Source: Lama guanicoe
Lineage: Eukaryota
Assembly: GCA_013239625.1 (NCBI GenBank)
Contig: MU053792.1
Span: forward strand, 824,112 to 888,111
Reading direction: 5' to 3'
DNA: 64,000 bases
The stretch's first letter is position 1. Each line of letters begins with the position of its first letter. This document shows positions 54,201 through 64,000 of this stretch, one piece after another. Both the position numbers and the translations under genes were made by a program. The notes beneath the pieces are model-generated. The model was not told the origin of the DNA. It ran no database searches and worked only from the letters and a program-made list of their open reading frames with translations.

Positions 54201-54747
54201 TATACAAACAGCTCATACAGCTTAATATATAAAAAATAAGCAATCCAGTTTAAAAAATGGGCAGAAGACTTAAATAGACATCTCTTTAAAGAAGACATCT
54301 AGATGGTCAACAAGCACATGAAAAGATGCTCAACATCACTAATTGCTAGAGAAATGCAAATCAAAACTTAAAAAAAATTAGATAGCACCTCACATCAGTC
54401 TGAATAGCCATATTAAAAAGTCCACAAATGAAAAATGCTAGAGAGGATGTTGATAAAAAGGAACCCTCCTACACTGTTGGTGGGAATATAAATTGGTGCA
54501 GCCACTATGGAGGACAGTATGGAGGTTTCTCAAAAAAATGAAAAATAAACTTACCATATGATCCAGCAATCCCCCTTCTGGGCATATATCCAGAGAAAAA
54601 CATAATTTAAAAATATAATTTAAAAATATAATTTAAAAATATACATGCACCCCAACATTCACAGCAGTACTATTTACATTAGCCAAGACATGGAAACAAC
54701 TGAAATGTTCATCAATAGATGACTGAATAAAGAAGATACACACACAT

Positions 54748-54786
<39 letters not shown>

Positions 54787-55092
54787 AATACTACTCTACC
54801 ATAATAAAAGAATAAAATAATGCCATTTGCAGCAACATGACCTGGAGATTGTCATTCTAAGTGAAGTAAGCCAGAAAGAGAAAGAAAAATACCTCATGAT
54901 ATTGCTTATATGTGGAATCTTAAAAAAAAAAGGGGGGGGGACACAATTGAACTTATCTACCAAACAGAAAAAGATTCATAGACACAGAGAACAAACTTAT
55001 GGTTACCAGGGTGTAAACAAACATTAGCCAAGACATGGAAACAACTGAAATGTTCATCAATAGATGACTGAATAAAGAAGATACACACACAT

Positions 55093-55131
<39 letters not shown>

Positions 55132-55541
55132 AATACTACTCTACCATAATAAAAGAATAAAATAATGCCATTTGCAGCAACATGACCTGGAGATTGTCAT
55201 TCTAAGTGAAGTAAGCCAGAAAGAGAAAGAAAAATACCTCATGATATTGCTTATATGTGGAATCTTAAAAAAAGGGGGGGGGGACACAATTGAACTTATC
55301 TAGCAAACAGAAAGATTCATAGACACAGAGAACAAACTTATGGTTACCAGGGTGTAAACAGGGTAGGAAGGGATAAATTGGGAATTCAAAATTTGCACCT
55401 CTTGGGGAGTGATGGAAATGTTAACTATCTTGATTGTGGTGGTGGTTACATTTAGTGTATACATCTATAAAAATTCATCAGATTGTTTATCTGCAATATG
55501 AATCATATCACAGAAAAGGTGTTTTAGAAAAAGAGAGACAG
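51265..55541 (+). mobile_element. LINE-1 element C: 5'-truncated ORF2 and 3'UTR nested in ORF1 of B
   Basis: Begins in the endonuclease domain (IVGDLNTPLTSMDRSS, FSRIDRML), continues through RT-region fragments ([20 protein letters not shown]) to the C-terminus; flanked by agagacctct at 51253-51262 and 55542-55551. Confidence 0.85.
54676..55360 (+). repeat. Tandem duplication of ~340 bp, including a (CA)n microsatellite
   Basis: 54676-55019 versus 55021-55360: identical apart from homopolymer lengths and one C/G substitution. Confidence 0.95.
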
Positions 55542-57837
55542 AGAGACCTCTAGGGCAACATCAGGCATACTAACATTCACATTATAGAATTCCCAGAATA
55601 GAGAAAGGGACAGGGAACATATTTGAAGACATAATAGCTGGAAACTTCCCTAGCATGGGAAAGGAAACAGACATTCAGGTCCAGGAAGCACAAAGGGGCC
55701 CAAATATGATCAACACAAAGAGGACCACACTGAGACACATTATAATTAAAATGGGAAAAAAGATAGAGAATACTAAAAACAGCAAGGGAAAAGTAGCAAT
55801 TCAAAAACCAGAGACTTCCCATAAGGCTATCAGCTGACTTTTCAGCAGAGACTCAGCAGACCTGAACAGAGTGGCATAATACATTTAAAGTGATGAAAGA
55901 GAAAAATCTGGAACCAAGAATATTTAGTAGAGCTTTCATTCAGATTTGATGGACATATCAACAGTTTTACAGACAAGCAAAAGCTAAGAGTTCAGCACTG
56001 CAAAACCAGCTTTACATACATGTTAGAGACTTCTCTAAGCTGAAAGTAAAAAGCTATAACTAGAAATATGAAAATTATGAAAGGGAAATATCATTAGTAA
56101 AGGCAAATACACAATAAAGGTAGTAAACCAATCATCTACAAAGGAAGGTTAAAAGGCAAAATAGTAATATTATCTATATTCACAATAAATAGTTAAAGAA
56201 TACACCAAAAAAAGATGAAAAATATGATGTCAAATGCATTAAACCTGGATAGAAAAGTAAAATGCAGGATTATTAAAGTGAATTTGAACTTAAAACATCA
56301 GCAGCTTAAAATCATCACATATATTTATATGAATTGCTATACACAAACCTCATGGTAACAAAACAAAAATCTACAATGGATACACATGTAAAAAACAGAA
56401 AAGAATCCAAGCATAGCACTACAGATAGTCATTGATCACAGGAACGAGAGCAAAAGAAGAAGACAGGGACAAAAATGAACTATAAAACAGTGCAAAATCA
56501 ATGGCAATAAGCACACACTTATCAATGATTACTTTAAATGTGAGTGGACTAAATGCTCTAATCAAAAGAGAGTGGCTGAATGGATACCAAAAAAAAAGCC
56601 CATATATATGATGCCTACAAGAGACTCACTTCAGATCTAAAGGCACACACAGACAGGAAGTGAGGAGATGGAAAAAGGTATTCCAGGCAAATGGAAATGA
56701 AAAGAAAGCTGGGGTAGCAATATGTACACTGGATGAAATAGTCATTAAAACAAAAATTGTAACAAGAGACAAAGAAGGACATTACATAATGATCAAGGAA
56801 TCAATCCAAGAAGAAGGTATAACAGTTGTGAATACATAAGCACCCAACATAGGAACAACTAAATACATAAAGAAAATATTAACAAACCTAAAGAGAGAAA
56901 TTGACGGTAATTACAATAATGGTAAGGGACTTTACCTCCTCAATGACATCAATGGACAGATCATCCAGACAGAAAATTAATGAGAAAACATTGAGTTTAA
57001 ATGACACATTAAACCTGATGGACTCAATACATGTGTATAGAACATTCCATCCAAAAGCAGTATTCTACATATTTTTTCAAGTGCACCTGGAACATTCTCC
57101 AGTATAGATCACATGCTAGGCCACAAAATAAGTGTCAGTATACTTTGGAAGGTTGAAATCATATCAAGCATATTTTCCAAACATAATGATATGAGATTAG
57201 AAATCAATTACAAGGAAAAAAACTGCAAAAAACATAAACAGATGGAGGCTAAACAATATGCTGCTAACCAACAAACATATTACTGAATCAATCAAAGAAA
57301 TCAGAAAATATCTGGAGACAAAGATAAATGAATATACAATGATCCAAAACCTATGGGACACAGCAAAAGCAGTGGGAAGTTTCTTCTAAGAGGAAAGTTT
57401 ATAGCATTACAAGCCTACATCAGGAAGGAAGAAAAATCTCAAATAAATTACCTAACTTTACATCGAATGTAACTAGAAAAAGAAGAATAACAAAACCCAA
57501 AGTTATAGAAGGAAAGAAATCACAAAGATGGAGTAGAAATAAATGAGATAGAGACTTAAAAAAAAGGAAAAATCAATGAAATTAGAAGCTGGCCCTTTGA
57601 AAAAGTAAACAAAATTGATAAAACTTTAGTTTCATCAAGAAAAAAGAGAGTGGTTCAGAAATGAAAAAGAAGAAGTTACATTTGTCATCATGTCATCACA
57701 GAAATACAAAGGATTGTAAAAGATTACTACCAACAATTATACACCAATAAAAGAGACAACCTAAAAGAAATGCACAAATTCCTAGAAATGTACAGTCTCC
57801 CAAGACTGAACCAGGAAGAGATAGAACATATGAACTG

Positions 57838-57964
57838 ACCAATTACAAGTAATGAAATTGAATCAGTAATTTAAAAAAATTTCCCAACAACCAAAAGTAC
57901 CAATTACAAGTAATGAAATTGAATCAGTAATTTTAAAAAATTTTCCCAACAACCAAAAGTACCA
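57838..57964 (+). repeat. Tandem duplication of ~61 bp in L1 ORF2
   Basis: accaattacaagtaatgaaattgaatcagtaattt...cccaacaaccaaaagt occurs twice. Confidence 0.92.
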
Positions 57965-60617
57965 GACACTTAGAGAAAAGTTAATACCTCTATTTCTCAA
58001 ACTTTTCCAAAAAAAAAAAAAATCACAGAGGAAGGAATGCTCCTGAACTCATTCTATGATGCAAGCATCACCCTGATACCAACCATACAAATATATCACA
58101 AAAAAAGAAAATTACAGGCCAATATTCTTGATGAACACAGATGCAAAAATCCTCAATGACAAAATATTATCAAATCAGATTCAATGATACATTAAAAATA
58201 TTATGCACCAAGATGAGGTAGGATTTATCCCAGGAATTCAAAGATGGTTCTATATCCACAAACCAATCAATTTAATATACCTTACATTAACAAAACAAAG
58301 CATAAAAATCATTTGATTAGCTAAATAAATGAGGGGAAAGCTTTTGACAAAGTTCAACATTTATTTATGATAAAAACTCTCAGTAAAGTTGGTATAGAGG
58401 AAACATATCTCAGTTTAATAAGGCCATATCTGTCTTATCAGCTAACATCATACCCGAGGGTGAAAGCTGAAAGCTTTTTCTCTAAGATCAGGAACAAGTC
58501 AAGGATGCCCATTCTTTCCATTTCTATTTAACAAAGTATAAGAAGTCCTAGCTACAACACTCAGACAAGGAAAAAGGAATTCAAATTGGAGAGGAAGATG
58601 TAAAGCTGTCACTGTTTGCAGTGACATAACTATGCACAGAAAAATCTGAGAGACACGACCAATCTCTAGGAGTTTTACTAGAGCTCATCAATGAAGTCAG
58701 TAAAGTTTCAGGATACAAAATTATTCTTCAGAAATCTGTTGCATTTCTATACAATATCATTATGAACTATCAGCAAGAGAAATTGAGAAAGCAATCCAAT
58801 TTACAATCACATCAGAAAGAATAAAATACCTCAGAATAAATATAATAAGGAGGTAAAAGACCCCTTGCTCTGACAACTTTAAAACATTGATGAAACAACT
58901 TGAAGACAGCACAAGTAAATGGAAAGATATATGATGCTCATGTTTTGGAAGAATTAATATTGTTAAAATATCTGTATTATCCAAAGCAATCTACAGATTC
59001 AAAACACTTATGGCATTTGTTCATTAGAACAAATTCTAAAATTTGCATGGAACCACAAAAGACCCTCAATAGCCAAAGCAATCTTTAGAAAGAAAGAACA
59101 AAGCTGGAGGTATCATGTGCCCATACTTCAAACTATACTACAAAGCTATAGTAATCAAAACAGTAAAGCACTGGCATAAACCCTCAGAGAGATCAGTAGA
59201 ACAGAATAGAGAGTCCAGGCATAAACACACACTATATGGTCAGTTATTCTGTGTCAAAGGAGGCAAGAATAGACAATGGGAAAAGACAGTTGCTTCATTA
59301 AGTTGTGTTGGAAAAACTGGAGAGCTACATGCAAAAGAATGAAACTAGATCACTTTCTCACACCATATACAAAAGTAAACTCAAAATGGATTAAAAACTT
59401 AAATGTAAGACCCACAACCATAAAACTTCTAGAAGGAAACATAGGCAGTATGGTCTTTGAAACAGCAACATTTTTTGGATCTGTCTCCTCAGGTAAGGCA
59501 ACAAAAGCAAAAATAAACAAATGGGACCACATCAAACTAAGCAGCTTTTATGCAGTGAAGGAAACCATCAAAGAAAGAAAGAAAGAAAAGGCAGCCTACT
59601 GAGTAGGAGAAAATATTTGCAAACCACATATCTAATAAGGGGTTAATATCCGAATTATACAAAAAAAATACAATGCAATATCAAAAAAGCAAATAATCTG
59701 ATTTTTAAAATGGACAGAGAACTTGAATAGACATTTTTCTAAGAAGACATACAAAAGGTCAACACACACATGAAAAAATGCTTAACATCGCTAATCATCA
59801 GAGAAATGCAGAGCAATACCACAATAAGATCTCATCTCATACCTGCCAGATTGTCTAACATCAGAGGTGTTGATGAGGATATGGAGAGAGGGAACCCTGT
59901 GCACTGCTGGTGAGGATGTAAATTGGTGCAGCCACTGTGGAAAAGTGTATGGAGTTTCCTCAAAGAAGTGAAGTCATCATACCATAGGATCCAGTAACTC
60001 TATTTCTGGATATTTTTCCATAGAAAACAAAAATACAAATTCAAAAAGATATATCCACTCCTATGTTCATTTTAGCCTTGTTTACAATAGCCAAGATATG
60101 GAAGAAATCTAAATGTCCACCAACAGATGAATGGATAAAGAACATGTGATATGTATATGTACTGGAGTGTTAGCCCAAAAAATGATGAAGTCTTGCCATT
60201 TGTGATGATATGGATGGACCTGGAGGTATTACACTAAGTGAAATAAGTTAGCATAGAAAGATAAAGGCCGTATGATCTCATTGACATGTTGAAACAAACA
60301 AACAAAACAGGCAGGCTATAGTTACAAAGAATGAATTGGTAATTGCTTGAGGATGGGTGAGGAATGGGAAAAATAGGTGAAGGGGATTAAGAGGTAATCC
60401 AGGCAAACTTCCCGTTATAAATGAAATAAATCACAAGGATGTAATGTACAGCATAAGCAACGTAATCAATAAATCTGTAATAAAGTTTGTATCAGGATAG
60501 ATGATCACTAGACTCACCATGATCATTTTGTAATGTCTTTTATTGTCAACTCACTATGTTGTACACCTGAAACTATTGCAATACTGTACATAAACTATAC
60601 TACAAATTAAAATAAAA

Positions 60618-61050
60618 AATTCAATCCATCCTTTGATGGAATTTGAACATAAAGGAAAAAAAAGGAACATAAGCAAATAATACACAATGTAGAAAGATGT
60701 TGTAAAGATGAAAGCAAACTGCTGAAAAACAAATCATAATTCCCCAGGAAGAAAAACTGAGAAAGAGCACTCAAGGCACACAGCATACGCCAGAGCAGAG
60801 CACTGGGAAGGAGTTGCATATGTAGGGAAGCAAGTGAGTATGGCTGGAATATCAAGTGTAGGGGAAATGAGAAGATGGTCAAGGCAAATTGAAGACAGAT
60901 TACAAAGAGTCTCATAGTGTTCATTAAGTGGTTTGAAATTCATCATGGCATTTACATGTCATTGGATGCTTTTAAACTGATCAACTTTGTGTTTTATAGT
61001 GATAATTCTTATGACAGAGAATGAACTGGACAGTGAATAGCCTAGTAACT
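60618..61050 (-). mobile_element. LINE-2 fragment
   Basis: ggcaaattgaagacagattacaaagagtctc, attggatgcttttaaac, tgtgttttatagtgataattct motifs; appears to continue the L2 at 47668-47720. Confidence 0.5.
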
Positions 61051-62157
61051 GGGTACCAGATGAGTAATGGTTCTCAATCTTTGTATTTTACTTTTTATGT
61101 TTCATATATACCAGCATGTAATTTTATTTATTTGACATCGACATAAAAAATATTTATTGAGTGCTTTTTATAAGCCAAGCAGTGCCCTAGGCTCAGTAAA
61201 ATCCCAGCCCCATGGAGCTTAGTGGGGAAGCCACACAATAAACAACAAATAAATGTGTAATTCCAAGTAGTGATAATGAGGAGTTGTTTATCAACTGTAT
61301 TTATACTTTGCCAAGCACGATGCTATGAACTTAATTTAGGAATTCATGGTCTCCATTATTTTTGTTAAGATTTTAAGAAGTTTAACTTATCTGACTGGAG
61401 TTAATTTTTTTTCTTTTAGCAATTTTAAAGCATTGTCAGTTATAAATAATAATCTTTAAATTTCAACCATCCTATGTAAAATATGGACAAAATATCTACC
61501 CAGTGATCTTGCTATACAAACATTGTTTGTCAACACCAAATACGAGACTGTCAATGAATAGGCAGAGGTCTATTTTTCCTGCCTTTTGTCTTAGTTTTGA
61601 TGTTTGTTTGTTTTTTAAAATAATTGTAGAGTTAATCATTTGAACAAATGGAAAGGGTTCACACAGAAAAGTTCTTCCTCATTTATGAAGATAAGGTACC
61701 AGCTTACCTCTGGGTTCTCTTTCTGAATCCACTTCATAGGAACCTGGTAGTCTAGTGGCAAACTATTTGAAGCATGACATAACAAATAAGGTCAAATTCA
61801 AAGAAAATATTTTACTGAAATAAAAATACAGAAAACAATTCTTTATGTAAAAAAAATACATACTTAGTTAATCACAATTTCATTTGTAGAATATAATGAC
61901 AAACAGGCAAATTTTAAAACTCATGACCAAAAACATTACTGGCTGAAGTTAATTAAACAGTGAGCTGCTATCACAAAAGTTATGGACATAATTTCTCTTA
62001 AACATGCCTCAAATGGTTTAATTGAGTTATTGTTGTGGGTAAAGATGATCAACACTGAAGAGAAATAAGAAAATGCTGCTAAAACAACTGAAGTCTGAAA
62101 TGTACATGGGAGTTGAAGAAGATGAGTGAAAAGTAATGTTATAGGGTAGATGTCTTT

Positions 62158-62811
62158 TTTTTTTTTCTTTGATCAGGGGCGGGCAAGGAATAGCAACTTT
62201 ATTTGGCAAGTAGGCAGACCAAGATGGCAGACTAATGTCCTGGAGAATCATCTTTCCCAAGCCAGAACTCAGGCTCCTTTTATACTAAAAAGGGGAAGGG
62301 GTGGTCGGTTGTTGCAAACTTCTTCGTGTAGGAATTCTTTGCTCTTGGAATCCTTTGTTCTTACAGCTGTCCACCTGGGTCAGGTCATCGTGTCCCTGTA
62401 AAACCTCCACAAAACAAATGTGATTTTCTATTCTGCAACTTGCTGTCTTTATATGAGTGCAAAAGTGTTAGTATCCTTAAAGGTCAGAGCCTTGAGAATA
62501 GGCTCTCCTTAATATTGCAGGCTATTGGCAACATTCTTTTACAAAAGGTACTAAGACTAAGCCTAGGAAACAGGGCACAGGGTTAAAGCAAAAGGAACTG
62601 ATCTAATATGGAGTCAGATGTGTTCTTTTCTATTACGGTTCCCCGCTGTCAATGTCCGTTCCACAATCTTGTGGGAAAGGGGGCGACGACCGTTCTGGCT
62701 ACTTCCTGCTGAAAAGGGGCACTGAGGGTTATGGAATGGAATTGATCAGCCAGGGAACATTCCCGGGCATCTTTAGGCAGCAATATAATCTCTCTCTTCT
62801 TTTTCTCTCTT
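62158..62811 (-). mobile_element. Polyadenylated ERV retrocopy (internal 3' end, polypurine tract, U3-R, poly(A))
   Basis: Poly(T) to 62170, tttatt at 62198-62203, rc TATAAA at 62279-62284, LTR edge ~62637 next to a PPT-like rc agcggggaac; TSD tagg(g/a)t(a/g)gatgtcttt at 62142-62157 and 62812-62827. Confidence 0.8.
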
Positions 62812-64000
62812 TAGGATGGATGTCTTTAAACAACCTTTTAAAACATTCTAGAGGCTTCATACTCTATGTGGGTCTCGGGATTTCAGTGTACATGATTAGC
62901 ATGTTAAAGTCTCTAAAAATTCCTACAGCAAAGAAGCCCCTTAAATCTTATTTAACTTAGTTTCCAGCAAAAGTAGCCATAGAGCTTTTTTTTCCCAATC
63001 ACCTCTATGCATTCTATTTGCTTGGAAAATAAAATAACATATTTCAAAGAAAATAAGGGAAGTTTTGAATTAAAACTAAGAGAGAAAAGAATGTTCAGAT
63101 GATGATATTTCAAATAAATATGATAAAGAAGAGAAATACAAAAGTAAAGATATAGTGGTGGGAACATGATAACTTAACAGAAGTCTCCCATAATGAGAGG
63201 TTCATGCAATTCTCAAAGCTGGAGATTCACAGAATTATAGACCTTCAGGTTGACTGGATTTTAGAGGTCCTCCATCCCATGAACAACATGTTCACATGTG
63301 CTTATGCAGGCCACGTTTGAACAATTTGATCTTGAACATCTTTGATATATAATTCAGCAGATAATTTCTCATATATCCTTTTACAACATATGTGATCATA
63401 TGTGACATTTAAGTATAATCTTTATTCCCATCATCACTGTCCCCTCAAGTTTTCTATATAAACCAAAATAGATATTTATTCATTGATGATATATTTAGTT
63501 AGGGACATCTCAAGAAATGAGATATTTTGATTAGTAGAAAGTTATCTCTACATATTACCATTTATGAAGTTCCCATTTTCAAAGAAAACACCATAAAATG
63601 TATTTAACACTGAACTGTACTCTACGTAGTTTGACCTTTAAATGAGCATTTAGAGCTTGTCACATAAATAGATTATATACTGGATTGAGTTGGATCTGCA
63701 TTAAGTTTAGCATATACACTTGAACTATCATTTTAAATTTACTGAATCCAAGTTACTTGAGCTTTGCTGGTAATTAGCTTTATTACAGATAGATGAAGAT
63801 TTTTGCAAAACTAGGTTTGGGCTGTGTTAAATTTTACCTGATAATTTTCCATCTGTGCGTCGCTACCTCAATCTGGTGTAGGATGGAATTGGAAACATCT
63901 CGCATGTGTGCTGTTATTCAAATAACAATATGTTCAGAGAGATTATTTGAAGAAAAGGAACCGTGTCTTCGTTTCATCGTGCAAAAGCTATTTTTTCTCA

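Larger units (their letters stand above)
49062..60617 (+). mobile_element. LINE-1 element B: near full-length, decayed, interrupted in ORF1 by element C
   Basis: 5'UTR 49062-50900; ORF1 50901-51264 resuming at 55542 (KETDIQVQEAQRGPNMINTKRTTLRHIIIKM); ORF2 ~56500-60290 with many stops and frameshifts; 3'UTR ends in A-rich tail at ~60617. Flanks resemble an interrupted L2. Confidence 0.85.

Noticed and set aside
49062..60617. Active full-length L1
   Set aside because: ORF1 and ORF2 are broken by many stops, frameshifts and a nested insertion.

Overview
Mammalian genomic DNA, AT-rich and transposon-dense. It is intronic sequence of GRIA4 (AMPA receptor subunit GluA4) on the + strand. Only one coding exon is recognisable (35868-36052, 185 bp, AG/GT boundaries, [62 protein letters not shown]). 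I saw no Alu, B1/B2, Bov-A/tA, PRE-1 or Can-SINE elements, and from memory the young L1 3' ends resemble camelid L1s, so the species may be a camelid (tentative). The rest is LINE-1 (including a ~12.9-kb three-element nested complex), L2, MIR, MER5, MaLR and ERV LTRs. Nearly all ORF-track entries are decayed L1 fragments or chance ORFs. I found no new gene system. The notable observations are structural: two ERV RNA retrocopies apparently inserted by L1 (one with its 5' target-site duplication, TSD, flipped by a micro-inversion), a poly(A) retro-insert inside an LTR, an ORF2-less L1, three twin-priming inversions, a 39-bp templated copy 3 kb from its donor, a 340-bp tandem duplication and a consensus CTCF site. 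Repeat family names come from memory and boundaries of old repeats are approximate.
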